Assembly (NCBI RefSeq): GCF_964188315.1
Contig: NC_135661.1
Location: 56,048,001-56,112,000, forward strand
DNA from: Podarcis muralis
Taxonomy: Eukaryota
DNA: 64,000 nt
Reading direction: 5' to 3'
The first letter of the stretch is position 1. Every line of letters begins with the position of its first letter. The position numbers and the translations under genes were made by a program. The notes below the pieces were generated by a model. The model saw nothing but the letters and a program-made list of their open reading frames with translations, did no database searches and was not told where the DNA came from. This document shows, piece after piece, positions 1 through 18,477 of the stretch.

Positions 1-27
1 GGTGTAAGCAGTCAGCTTCCTCCTCCC

Positions 28-2328
28 AATAATAATAATAATAATAATAATTTATTATTTATACCCCGCCCATCTGGCTGGGCCTCCCCAGCCACTCTGG
101 GCGGCTTCCATAAAAACCAAAAATACAATAAAATATCACATGTTAAAAACTTCCCTGAACAGGGCTGCCTTAAGATGTCTCTTGAATGCCAGGTAGTTAT
201 TTATCACTTTGACATCTGCTGGAAGGGCGTTCCACAGGGTGGGCGCCACTACCGAGAAGGCCCTCTGCCTGGTTCCCTGTAGCTTTGCTTCTCGCAATGA
301 GGGAACCGCCAGAAGGCCCTCGGCGCTGGACCTCAGCGTCCGGGCAGAATGATGGGGGTGGAGACGCTCCTTCAGGTATACTGGACCGAGGCCGTTTAGG
401 GCTTTAAAGGTCAGCACCAACACTTTGAATTGTGCTCGGAAACGTACTGGGAGCCAATGCAAGTCTTTCAAGACCGGTGTTATATGGTCTCGGCGGCCGC
501 TCCCAGTCACCAGTCTAGCTGCCGCATTCTGGATTAGTTGTAGTTTCCGAGTCACCTTCAAAGGTAGCCCCACGTAGAGTGCATTGCAGTAGTCCAAGCG
601 GGAGATAACCAGAGCATGTACCACTCTGGCGAGACAGTCCGCAGGCAGATAGGGTCTCAGCCTACGTACCAGATGGAGCTGGTAAACAGCTGCCCTGGAC
701 ACGGATTTGACCTGTGCCTCCATGGACAGCTGTGAGTCCAAAATGACTCCCAGGCTGCGCACCTGGTCCTTCAGGGGCACAGTTACCCCATTCAGGACCA
801 GGGAATCCTCCACACCTGCCCGCCTCCTGTCCCCCAAAAACAGTACTTCTGTCTTGTCAGGATTCAACCTCAATCTGTTAGCCGCCATCCATCCTCCAAC
901 CGCCTCCAGACACTCACACAGGACCTTCACCGCCTTCACTGGTTCTGATTTAAAAGAGAGGTAGAGCTGGGTATCATCCGCATACTGATGAACACCCAGC
1001 CCAAACCTCCTGATGATCTCTCCCAGCGGCTGCATGTAAATGTTGAAAAGCATGGGGGAGAGGACAGAACCCTGAGGCACCCCACAAGTGAGAGCCCAGG
1101 GGTCTGAACACTCATCCCCCACCACCACTTTCTGAACACGGCCCAGGAGGAAGGAGCGGAACCACTGTATAACAGTGCCCCCAGCTCCCAGCCCCTCAAG
1201 ACGGTCCAGAAGGATGCTATGGTCGATGGTATCAAACGCCGCTGAGAGATCCAGCAGAACTAGGAAACAGCTCTCACCTTTGTCCCTAGCCCGCCGGAGA
1301 TCATCAACCAGTGCGACCAAGGCAGTTTCAGTCCCATGATGAGGCCTGAATCCCGACTGGAAGGGATCCAAATGGTCCGCTTCTTCCAGGCGTGCCTGGA
1401 GTTGTTCGGCAACCGCTCGCTCAATCACCTTGCCCAGGAATGGAAGATTTGAGACTGGGCGATAGTTGGCCATCGTGGCCGCATCTAAAGATGGTTTTTT
1501 AAGAAGCGGTTTAATAACCGCCTCTTTCAGCGGGTCTGGGAAGGCTCCCTCACGGAGGGAAGCATTCACCACCCCACGAAGCCCATTGCCCAGTCCTTCC
1601 CGGCTAGCTTTTATAAGCCAGGATGGGCAAGGATCCAGGAGACAGGTGGTTGGTTTCACTCGTCCAAGCAGCCTGTCCACATCCTCGGAGGTAACAGATT
1701 GGAATTGATCCCACTCAACTTGACTAGACAGAACTCTAGCACTCTCCCGCCCCGGCCCTGCTCCCACGGTGGAGTCCACTTCTTCCCGAATCTGAGCGAT
1801 TTTATCTGCAAAAAACTTTGCAAAATCATTGCAGGAGAACATGTGGCCCGTACTGGGCCCCGATGTTGCAGGTGGTTCCGCTAAATTGTGAACCACCTGA
1901 AAAAGTCTCCTGCTGCTGTTTTCTGCAGATGCAATAGAGGCGGTGAAGAAATTCTTCTTCGCCGTCGCTATCGCCACTTGGTAGGCTCGACGTTGAGCTC
2001 TAACCTGTGTCCGGTCAGATTCGGAATGAGTTCTCCGCCACCGGCGCTCTAGCCATCTCAACGATTGTTTCATTGCCCTCAGATCCGTGGAAAACCACGG
2101 GGCTGTCCGGGCTCCATGCAATCGGAGAGGGCGCTTCGGAGCCAAACAGTCAATAGCCCTGGTTAACTCCACATTCCAGCGGGCCACCAGGGAATCAGCT
2201 GAAAGGCCATCAACATGGGATAAAGCATCCCCTACCACTCTCTGGAAACCATTTGGATCCATTAAGTGGCGGGGGCGGACCATCCGAATTGGTCCCACCT
2301 CCCTGCAGAGGGGATGGGTCGCAGAGAA
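28..2328 (-). mobile_element. L2-clade LINE, 5'-truncated, uninterrupted RT reading frame (136..about 2328), in LDHD intron 5
   Basis: RT motifs LLDLSAAFDTIDH, GVPQGSVLSP, QYADDTQLY; L2-type C-terminus LVISRLDYCNALYVGLP; short 3' UTR ending in a (TAT)n tail at 28-51; no endonuclease domain or ORF1. Confidence 0.9.
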
Positions 2329-2402
2329 CATGCAATGTATTCGATGGTGTATAAGGTCACACAACCATCAGGATGGTCGCTTTTCTGTTGGGCTAGCAGC
2401 TT

Positions 2403-2675
2403 AAGAATATAAGAACATAGGGAGAGCCTGCTGGATCAGGCCAATGGCCCACGTAGTCCAGCATCCTCTTCTCACATTGGCCAACCAAATGCCTGTGGGA
2501 AGCCCACAAGCAGGATCCGAGCACAAGAGACTCTCTGCTCCTGTGGTTCACAGCAAATGGGACTCAGAAGCAACAGTGGAGGCAGAAATTAGCCATCAGG
2601 GCTGACAGCCATCGTTTGCCATTTCCTCAATGGATTTATCTAATCCTCTTTTAAAGCCCATCTCACTCCTGCGGG
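2403..2675 (-). mobile_element. CR1 LINE 3' fragment
   Basis: AAGAACATAGGGAGAGCCTGCTGGATCAGGCCAATGGCCC... is the reverse complement of the CR1 3' end that recurs many times in the window. Confidence 0.7.
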
Positions 2676-2925
2676 AGTTAGATGATGTTGCATCAAACAA
2701 ACATTATCCCATACTTTCTGGTGTGTTCCCCCTCACTTCCCTTCTTGCAAAACGTCTAATCTTTCAGAGAAGCAACCAAATCCATTTTAACTGAGCAAGC
2801 TGAACTTGCTGGCATATGATTGAACCCCATCCCAAAAGAGCAGCAACCTGGAAGTTGCCAAAGCCAAGATTTGAGGGAAGGCGCAGAAGGAGCTTCAGGA
2901 CAGCAAGAAGGACTTAGCTGGGTAC

Positions 2926-3085
2926 CTGGGCCTCCGGCTCTGGCCGGCCGTGTGGAGGACCCTCCCATCAGGCAGCACCACCTGCAGGTTGAGCACGTTT
3001 TGGCGCATGGTGCCATAGCGCACAGCATTGGTGCCTGAGGCACTTGTGGCCGCCATGCCGCAGAGAGAAGCATCAGCCCCAGGGT
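2926..3085 (-). CDS. LDHD: LDHD exon 5
   Basis: cttcttcag|AC acceptor; AG|GTACCC donor; [27 protein letters not shown]. Confidence 0.95.
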
Positions 3086-6000
3086 CTGAAGAAGGAAAAG
3101 GCACAGCCAGGGGAGCAATTAGGTAATGGCAAACCAGGCCACCCCCTCCTAATGCAGGTAAGATCAAAGCAGCAATGGCTTGCCAGCCACTAGGCTGGTC
3201 CGCTACCACATTCCTTTATTTCCCAGAATGCAACTCCACTGCACCCCTCCCAGAATTGTACTTAAGGCAAGCATACCTACAGGAAACCAGAGTCCACTGC
3301 CCCGTAGGTAGCTGTTCAGGGCCTTTCGAGTCACCCCTGGTTCTACAGCCACAGTGAAGTCCTCTGCGTTCAGCTCAGAGATCTGGTCCATTTGGGTCAG
3401 GTTAAAGCACACACCACCCTGTCCCATGGAAAGAGACAAGCACAGGGTTACCAAAAGGGGAACCCAGGGAACCCAAAGAGGAGGAGTCTGGCATGGGGGG
3501 CAGGGAGGAGCAGGAGTCCCACCTATTCCCCAGCCTTTAAAATCCATCTCCTTGCCTCTGGAGAGCAGCCAATTTGTTCATTTACTGGTGTGATGGCTTA
3601 TCGAACAATAGTCAAAAACAGGCAGGAGAAAAGGAGCAATTGCCATGCGCAAAAGCTAAGACTCCATCCACACCATCTGTTTAAAGCAGTATCATACCAC
3701 TTTAAACAGTCACGATATCCCCGAAAGAATCCTATTCCCCTCCTGGAGCCGCAGTTCCCAGAGTTCCCTGGGAAGAGGGATTGATTGTAAAACCACTGAG
3801 AATCGTAGTTCTGGGAGCGGAATGGGGTCTCAGCACCCTTAACAAACTACAGTTCCCAAGATCCTTTGGGGAAGTGATGACATTTTAAAGTGGCACAAGA
3901 GTGCTTTAAATGTACAGTGTGGATGTTGCCTCTGTTCCAGGCCTGGCCTCACTTGGCACTCCGTCCTCCCCCAAAACCATACCCCGCACCCCCACTCACT
4001 CCTCCGGCCTACCTTTCTCCCGCCCCCAATCCCCGGTCCCATTTTGCTTGCCATTCCCCTCCTTACCTGCACGGCACTCACGCCCCCTTCTAGGCCCGTT
4101 CCTGTCCCAAAAGGGATGATGGGAGCCCCACGGCTGTAACAGGCCTTCGCCAGCAAGCTGACCTGCTCCACGTTCTGGGGCCAGACCACGGCATCTGGTG
4201 GGCGGCACCTAAAGAGACGGCGGTGTGACAACATAATTTATCCATCAATTTTGCACATGTATAAACGCCTCACTGGCCAAGGCTGTCAGTGCATTGCACA
4301 GCACATTAAGATGTGGGGGAAAGAAAAGTTAAAGCCATTTCAACAAACTCTAAAAACAGTAAAAAGTTTTCCTTAAAAAAAAGAAAGAAAATTAATTTCT
4401 AGTATTTGTAGAGAGAAACGAGGTAAAATGTGTAAGCGCTATTCTCCTCATTGGTTTTGTGAGGAAATGTCACTGTTCCCTCCTTCCAGTTATGCGTCTT
4501 CATTTACTCAGAGCTATGATGGTGTTGTTGATGATTTATTAAATTTATTCGTCGCTTTATTTGCCATGGCAACTCAAAGCAACCTAGGGGGGGGGGGGGA
4601 AACCTGCATAAAACCAGGAAGAAAAGATAAATTGAAACATCCCACCCACTCTAAAAGGCCACAGATAATTAAAAGCCAAAAGCCTGATTAGAAATGAAGG
4701 TTTTTGGCTGTCTCCTGAAACAGAGCTGTCCATGAGGCAGAGAGAGTGAAGTGCCCACCTCAGAGGCAGTGGAAGTGCAAGAGGAGACACCCTGCTCAGG
4801 AATCTCTTTTGCAATCTCTCAGAGGATGTTGGGGTACACCTCTTGGGGGTACAGCTGCTTTAGTGAGCACAGCACCAGCCTGTCTAGGAGGCCCTGCATT
4901 CTCCCTCTGCCTGAGCCCAACCAGATGACTTTCCTCCTCTTGTTCTTCTGCTCTCTGGTCAATACCCAGGAGCCAAGGACAGCCATCTCATGCAAGCATA
5001 TAGTGCTGGTAGGAACACAGGAAGCTGAGTCAGAAGATTGGTCCATCTAGCTCAGTATTGTCTGCACTGACCGACAGGCTCACCAAGCCTAGAGATGCTG
5101 GGGACTGCTCTACGGCCCTTCCCCAGAAACGGTCCATTCTCCGTCACAGCATACTGTATGTGCAGAGTCATCATTTATACCTGAGAAGTCCAAGGCCAGG
5201 CATCAATCAATCGAGGTCAATGTGCAGAAGAGGAATTCTGGGAAGTCCCACTGCGTACCTGTGCATGGACTCGTCATGGCCATGTTGCTCACAAACTGGG
5301 GTGGCTGTGGACACATTGGTGCTCCCCACCACTGCTCTCAGGGAATCTAGGAAGTCCTCTGTCAGCCAGCCCTGCAGGAAAGATATATGGCTGGGGGTTG
5401 ACAAGACAAGCAAGGAAGCACAGCTGGAGAGACAGATGGGCAGCCAGAAGTGCAGAGGGTCAAGTGGATGTCGTTACTGGTACTGAGTGAACAAGGGATG
5501 CAGACCTGGGGTGCTCAAGGAATAAAGAAACAAGAGAGACACAAGGATTTCATAAGAGAACCTTAAAGACTCTCCGCCTCCTTCCATAGGTTCCTTCCCA
5601 CATGCCCCAATCCATATACAGTGGTACCTCAGGTTAAGTACTTAATTCGTTCCGGACGTCCGTTCTTAACCTGAAGCACCACTTTAGCTAATGGGGCCTC
5701 CAGCTGCCGCCACGCCACTGGGGCACGATTTCTGTTCTCATCCTGAAGCAAAGTACTATTTCTGGGTTAGCAGAGTCTGTAACCTGAAGCATATGTAACC
5801 CGAGGTACCACTGTAGATTAGCCTTTGCCCTCCAGATGTTTTTGGACTACTACTCCCATCAGCCTCAGCACTAATGGGAGTTGTAATCCAACATCTCAAG
5901 GGCAACAGGTTGGTGATTGCCCACACAGTCAAAGCACAGGTCTTCACTCAAAGAATCCTGGAGCTACAATGATCAGCACCCTTAACATATTACAGTTCTC

Positions 6001-7147
6001 AGAATACTTTGGGCGAAGCCATGTGCTTTAAATGTGTGGTGTTGGATGCGACCTTATTTGGGATTAAGACCCACTGAACACATATTTGCTTCTGAGTAAA
6101 TGTGCATGGGATTGTCTTGCTCTAAACCTTAATGGCTATTATAGTTCTGTACCATTATCTCAAATATTAATAGGTTGAAACACTTGCACAATGGGCAGAA
6201 ATTCAACAGGTGAACCTCCTCTCCCATCCACTGCCTCTCTGTGCCAAGAAAGAGTTTTCACTGGCTGAATTTCTGCCTCTTGTGGCAACTGTGAAAGATT
6301 CAGAGGGAAGGGGGGGAAGCAAATCTGAGCTTGTTTTGAGGCTCCAGCTATTAGAGAGCTGCACCTGATCTCACCCACCAGCAATTTTCACGGAGACAAA
6401 CCCATTTCACACGTGCAGCTGCAGAATCAACAGACCAAGTTCCTTCTGGACTTTGGCCACTTCACTCGACAAGCTTCCTCCTACGGCGAGAAGACCTATA
6501 TGTGTAGCTTCTTATCCCGGTTCAGCACTAGAACCTTCAGACACCTTTTATACGAACTGGCATTTGTAAGACAACCCTCCTCACAAGCTTGGCGGATCAG
6601 GAACTGGACCTGATGAGCAAATAAGGCTAACTATTCTTTACTTGGACTTCGTTCTTTTAACCTATGTGCAACTGTACTCCGCGCCTATTTTATAGTTTTG
6701 TTTTTCATCGTTTAATTTCCATCAGCTGTCATAACTGTTCTGTTTTATATACATTATGAATATTTTTTAAGCTTTACCCCGCCCCCCGCAAAAAAAAAAA
6801 TATATTATCATGGTTCAGCCAACTATCTCCCTGTCTTGCTATCCTCCCCCTCCCCCGGCAATTTATTTTATTTGAATACGTATAGACCCCCTATTAAGGA
6901 AGGAGTAAATTAATCTCCCTCCCGCCGCCCCATGAGAGGGGAGAAGCCCCCAGACCCCCAATTCTCCCCTCCCGCGGCCCGAAGTGGTACAGTCCAGGCA
7001 AGGCTCTGCCTGCCACCGGGTTACACGGGCGCGCGCACTTCCAGGGGAGCCCCGGGGCGGCTCGAAGGCGAAAGGTCGGCGGGTTACCTTGGCTGCTGCT
7101 TGCGAGTAGTTCCGGACCGCGAAGCCCAGCGTCCGCCGCGCAGCCAT
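2926..7147 (-). CDS. LDHD: LDHD, mitochondrial D-lactate dehydrogenase; partial gene, exons 1-5: complement(join(2926..3085,3277..3418,4067..4208,5259..5371,7088..7147)); 3' exons off-window
   Basis: Spliced translation [27 protein letters not shown]...[23 protein letters not shown]...[11 protein letters not shown].../GGVCFNL...[33 protein letters not shown]. This matches the recalled LDHD FAD-binding domain sequence. All junctions GT-AG with consistent phases 0,2,0,1,2. Confidence 0.96.
3277..3418 (-). CDS. LDHD: LDHD exon 4
   Basis: gacag|GGT acceptor; G|GTATGC donor; GGVCFNL...[10 protein letters not shown]...GLWFPV. Confidence 0.95.
3665..3925. mobile_element. Fold-back (palindromic) non-autonomous DNA element in LDHD intron 3
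   Basis: CATCCACAC...GTGTGGATG ends with long imperfect inverted arms; same family at 39680-39910 and 47067-47403. Confidence 0.65.
4067..4208 (-). CDS. LDHD: LDHD exon 3
   Basis: tctttag|G acceptor; CAG|GTAAGG donor; [10 protein letters not shown]...[14 protein letters not shown]. Confidence 0.95.
5259..5371 (-). CDS. LDHD: LDHD exon 2
   Basis: ttcctgcag|GGC acceptor; AG|GTACGC donor; [16 protein letters not shown]...HDESMH. Confidence 0.93.
5619..5813. mobile_element. Tc1/mariner (Tigger-like) MITE
   Basis: TIRs CAGTGGTACCTC...GAGGTACCACTG flanked by TA on both sides. Confidence 0.85.
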
Positions 7148-7420
7148 GGCGAAGGACGGGCGAAGGAGGCAGGGGAGGCGGAGCAGCCTCGGTGCGGCTT
7201 AAGGTGGACCGGCAGCGGATCCGGAGCGCGCCTCCCTAGCCCATTTCGCTCCTCGCAGGAGAGGTGCTGAGGCGCAGCCTGCGAAGCCTCAAGGCCGCCT
7301 CCGCCCCCGGAATGGGAGGCGAGCACTCTGCACGTGCTCAACGGCACGCCCCCTTTTCTCCTCGCACCTCCCCTAGACCACTTTTACGCATTTCAGCGAA
7401 ACGAAGCGGTGGAGGGATTT
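6920..7420. promoter_or_regulatory. CpG island / TATA-less promoter region of LDHD
   Basis: Dense CpG and high GC spanning LDHD exon 1, in contrast to CpG-poor flanks. Confidence 0.75.
7088..7147 (-). CDS. LDHD: LDHD exon 1, Arg-rich 20-aa putative mitochondrial targeting peptide
   Basis: ATG at 7147-7145; AAG|GTAACC donor; lies in CpG-rich region. Confidence 0.85.
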
Positions 7421-8535
7421 ATACTGGAGTCTTTTTTACCTTCTGGGCTGCAGGTGGGCGGGGAGGGGGAGAAATAAGCCCCACTAAGTTCATTGGGGTT
7501 GTAAGAGTGTGTAGGATTGAGGCTTAAGTAAAATTTAGTAGAAATCTTGGATGATGAGTAGTCACTCATGAGTGTGTTATCAACAGATGAATTGGCCACT
7601 CCAGTTCACTTCAGTTATCATTAAGAGTTACACAACCAAGGGCAATTAAAGCACAGCAGTTACTAATTAATTAATTAATTAATTGGTGCGACCAGAGCCA
7701 CAATACTCTGCAAGAGGGATGCACAACTCCCTTAACTACCCAGTGTCACACTTGCCATAAAATAAATTATAACCACTAGTTTACACATTATGTGAAATAA
7801 GATGGTAGAATTCTCTGTAGAATCATAGAATTGTGAGGCTGGATCAAATAGTTCAAGCCCCTGCAATGCTGGAATCGCAGCTCAAGAATCCTTGAGAGGC
7901 TCTGACCTCTGTTTAAAAACCTCTGGTGAAAACAACAGGAGTTCCAATCTTGAAAGTGCCTATGCTTGTTTTGATTTATTATTTTTTTTGTATATTTTAT
8001 GTTTCCATTTTGTAAGCCACTTTGAGACCCAGATGGGGAATAGTTAATAAAATAAGTAAATAAGTTAAAAAACAACAACAACAAAAAACCTCCAGTGAAG
8101 GAGAGTCCACCACCTTCCAAGGTAGAGGGAGTGCAAAATAATAAATAAGGAATTGTTGCGGAAATAAGAAATATTTTTTTGGGGGGGCGCACCAAATACT
8201 GTCCTTTGCTCACGGTGTCATATTACTAAAGTCCGCCCCTGCCTAGAACTGATAACATGCAAAGAGGTTTGCTTGTTGGCATGGGTTTGCATTCAGTGTA
8301 TGAGTCACGCCACACCTGCAACTAATGTGGAACAGGCCAGAATTCTGCCACCTCATGCTATGTGTGGCATTGAAGCTCAAGCATGTAAGAGCCTTCCTGC
8401 TGGGTCAGGCCAATGGCCCATCTAGTCCAGCATCCCGTTCTCACAGTGGCCAACCAGGTGTCTGCGCGAAGCCTGCAACCAGGACCTGAACACAACAGCA
8501 TAGAAGAAACACAAACAATGATGGCAGATATTGGT

Positions 8536-8541
8536 TTTATT
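8536..8541 (-). terminator. Polyadenylation signal of CTRB-a
   Basis: AATAAA on minus strand about 25 nt after the stop codon. Confidence 0.75.
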
Positions 8542-8565
8542 GTTCTGAAGTCAAAGAGAATTAAG

Positions 8566-15760
<7,195 letters not shown>

Positions 15761-15805
15761 CTTGCTTCTTGAAAGAGTTGGGAATGAAGCAAGGGCTGCA
15801 AATCC

Positions 15806-15812
15806 TTATATA
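15806..15812 (-). promoter_or_regulatory. TATA box of CTRB-a
   Basis: TATATAA on minus strand, 46 nt upstream of ATG. Confidence 0.8.
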
Positions 15813-15869
15813 TGTTGTGAGGTAGCTGGCACAGGCGAAAGCCAAGCCAAGCTGGTTTTCCAGCCTCCT

Positions 15870-15947
15870 GTTATCGTAGGACCTTGAAGATAAGCAAGAA
15901 GTTCCATGGCATAGGTCTGGTGGAGGCTGTGGGCAAAGGCCCAGGTG
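15870..15947 (-). promoter_or_regulatory. Candidate pancreatic acinar promoter module of CTRB-a (PTF1-like E-box plus TC-box, NR5A2-like site, two GATA sites)
   Basis: Minus strand CACCTG-N5-TTGCCCAC (15947-15929; one mismatch to TTTCCCAC); TCAAGGTCC (15887-15879); GATA cores at 15870-15875 and 15889-15894. Motif match only. Confidence 0.5.
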
Positions 15948-16039
15948 ACCTGGCTCAAGGGCAGTGACAGGTGCCAGCTGGTCTCTGAGGCAAGGAGGAG
16001 GTGGAGTAAAAAGGGTTTGAGGGGAAGGCAGTTCCTCCG

Positions 16040-16398
16040 AGACTGGAGACCTCATGATTGGTTGTCTTCCTGCAGTGCATGGTTAACCTGTGGAACTCAC
16101 TCCTACAGGAGGCAATGATGGCCACCAACTTGGACAGCTTTAAAAGAGGATTAGACAAATTGCATGGAGGAGAAGGCTGTCAACAGCTACTATCCACAAT
16201 GGCTATGCTCTGCCTCCACCACTGGAGGCAGCAATGCTTTTGACTATCAGTTGCTGGAAGCCACAGGAGGGGAGGGTGTACTTGTGCTCAGTTCAACATT
16301 GCTAGTTTCCCACAGGAACCTGGTTGGCCACTGTGAGAGCAGGGTGCTGGACTAGATCGGCCTTTGGCCAGATCCAGGAGGGCTCTCATGTTCTTATT
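16040..16398 (+). mobile_element. CR1 LINE 3' end between the two CTRB promoters
   Basis: GATGGCCACCAACTTGGACAGCTTTAAAAGAGGATTAGACAAAT...GGCTCTCATGTTCTTA. Confidence 0.75.
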
Positions 16399-17564
16399 TG
16401 CTGAGGAACCTCCGGTGGGTGCTGCAGCAGATAATTCTAGAGCTTGACACACACAGAAAAGTCAGTCCAACTGGGTATCCAGTACGAACACAGAGAGGTG
16501 GGCGTCACAGAACATACCCAACATTCCCAGCACACTGTGGAAGAAAATTGATATGAAGGTTGTTATTCATGCAGGAAGTTAGTCAGCAATGTTGCAGTGA
16601 AGGGGGTGTTGGGTGCAAGAAACCACTGCAGTACAGCTCAGAACATAAACACATGCAGCCTAATGTACCTAAACATATGCACCTGTGTGAATAAATTAAA
16701 AAATAATTTATTTGAAAAATAAAGAGGACTGTCCTTGCCAGTTATCTCAACATCTTTGCAATTGTTGGCCAAAACAGTAGAAGACAACAGAATTTATTAT
16801 AGTGAACCACTAGGTAGATCTCTTCCTGAATGTTTTTCTTTGTATCTCAGCAAGCAACGGGTCAAGAGATTGAATTTAGTTGGGGGGGGGGTTAAGGATG
16901 TCATTTTGGCAGGGAGTAAAATGTCTGTATGGGGCCAGGCCCCATTGCAGGTACAGCCGTGCATGACTGTTTTTCTAACTGAGAAACTCTGGTCCACTTC
17001 CAAGGAATCCCAAGGTTCTTGGACTAGAGCTTTAGGGTATCATGTTTTACAGAGGGCAGCCTTCCCTCTATCTGAAGAGCTGTCAGAGGACAGTCCTCTC
17101 TTTGAAGCACAATCTGGCTGAAGGCTAGTTTAAAGAAAAAGAAGCCTAAGGAAGACTCTTGGAAGTTGCCTGTCAGCACCTGGACAGCAGACTGGTTAAA
17201 GTCTTCCTCGCTATTGTATATTGGTTTAAATGATAGTAATTATTTCTATGTGCCTAAATTAACCTGTGCAATTTTTAGTAATGCGGGAGTGCCCACCCAA
17301 ACACTGTCTGAGCATCACTGTGATGGGCTATGTGCCTGAGGGTTTCCATGCTGCTGTCCTTCCAGCTTTCCAGCCAGGTTTGTCTGATAGCCAGGAGGAC
17401 TAGTTGCGTCAGGCACCAGGTGTTCCCTGGGAAAGCTGACAGAAGCCAGGTGTGTCGCAGGGATGACATTGAGGAGGAGGCACAGCTGTGTGGGGTTACA
17501 GGCCCTCAGCTAACTCTATCCAGCAGGTTCCATACCTGTGTTCTGCCAACAGGTAAAGCAGTTG

Positions 17565-17566
<2 letters not shown>

Positions 17567-17603
<37 letters not shown>
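17567..17603. repeat. (TG)18 microsatellite between the CTRB promoters
   Basis: Seen directly. Confidence 0.95.
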
Positions 17604-17606
<3 letters not shown>

Positions 17607-18320
17607 GAGAGAGATTTATTAAAGCTTTAAATACAAAGAAAAATCAATATACAGAACTCAACACCAAGTATCAAGCATTATTATTTTTTACATAAATCAT
17701 AAACTGGGGTGATTGGCTTAGAATCCAGCAGCCCTCTGGCTGTTTCCTGGCACAGTCAGGTTATGATGGATTAACGCCCTGTTCTTTGGCTCAGTCAGAG
17801 ATACACCACCATATCCCCTCCACTGCAGCTGAGCCAAGCCTGGTAAATTTCAGGTTATCATAAGTCCCCAGGAAGCTGTGTTCCGTGGCTGGAATCGGGG
17901 GGACTTAGGCCAAATCCCAAGGCTGTCAAGTTCAGTCTCACCATCTAGCAACCCAGTGTAAATTCAGCCGGCAGAAAGGGTGGTGTAACTCAAACACTAT
18001 TTTAAAGGCTTGTTTTTGCTCTGCCAGGCTTAGCTCAGCTCAGTCAACAGGAGTTTCACTCCTGAATGGATTTTGAGCTGCTGTAACTTTGTGCCAGCTT
18101 AAATTAAACCAGTTTGCTTTATGCCAGTTTCTTGTACACAGAATTGCTCCTTGAAGCAAGGCCCCAGGGCAAAATAGAAGAGACCTCCTGAGCCCTCTTC
18201 CTTCCACAGAGCACCCCAGAAACCTTCCAGCTGCCATATCCTAAAAATACCCACAGTTTCCAAAGTAGCTGCTTTCACCTGCCAATCATCAACTGTGTTA
18301 TCAACGGACAGGTTTGCTCG

Positions 18321-18375
18321 TTCCCACGTAGCCGCTGGCTCCTAGCCACCTTTGGTCTGAGCATTCAGTATAAAA
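18321..18375 (+). promoter_or_regulatory. CTRB-b promoter: RBPJ/RBPJL-type site and TATA box
   Basis: TTCCCACG at 18321-18328 (reverse of CGTGGGAA); TATAAAA at 18369-18375, 57 nt before ATG. Confidence 0.6.
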
Positions 18376-18425
18376 ATGGATGAGCTGCTACATGCTGTTC
18401 CCATTGTCCTCAGAACCAGCTTATT

Positions 18426-18477
18426 ATGGCAGCCTTGTGGTTTTTGTCCTGCCTGGCACTTGTCAGTGCCGCACAAA
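18426..18477 (+). CDS. CTRB: CTRB-b exon 1 (signal peptide)
   Basis: ATG 18426; A|GTAAGT donor; TATAAAA at 18369. Confidence 0.92.

Noticed and set aside
2329-2402. N-terminal MCDLIHHRIHC of the 742-aa ORF, and a possible TSD for the L2
   Set aside because: Appears to be flanking DNA that happens to be in frame, with a non-ATG start; no direct repeat with positions 1-27 found.
6484-6510. GEKTYMCS, similar to a C2H2 zinc-finger linker (ZFP1 lies near LDHD in human)
   Set aside because: No second Cys or His pair and no repeated fingers; a chance match is likely.
17170-17490. Cluster of four E-boxes midway between the CTRB genes as a PTF1 enhancer
   Set aside because: The nearest TC-boxes are at spacers of 0 and 12 nt, not the one- or two-turn spacing PTF1 needs.
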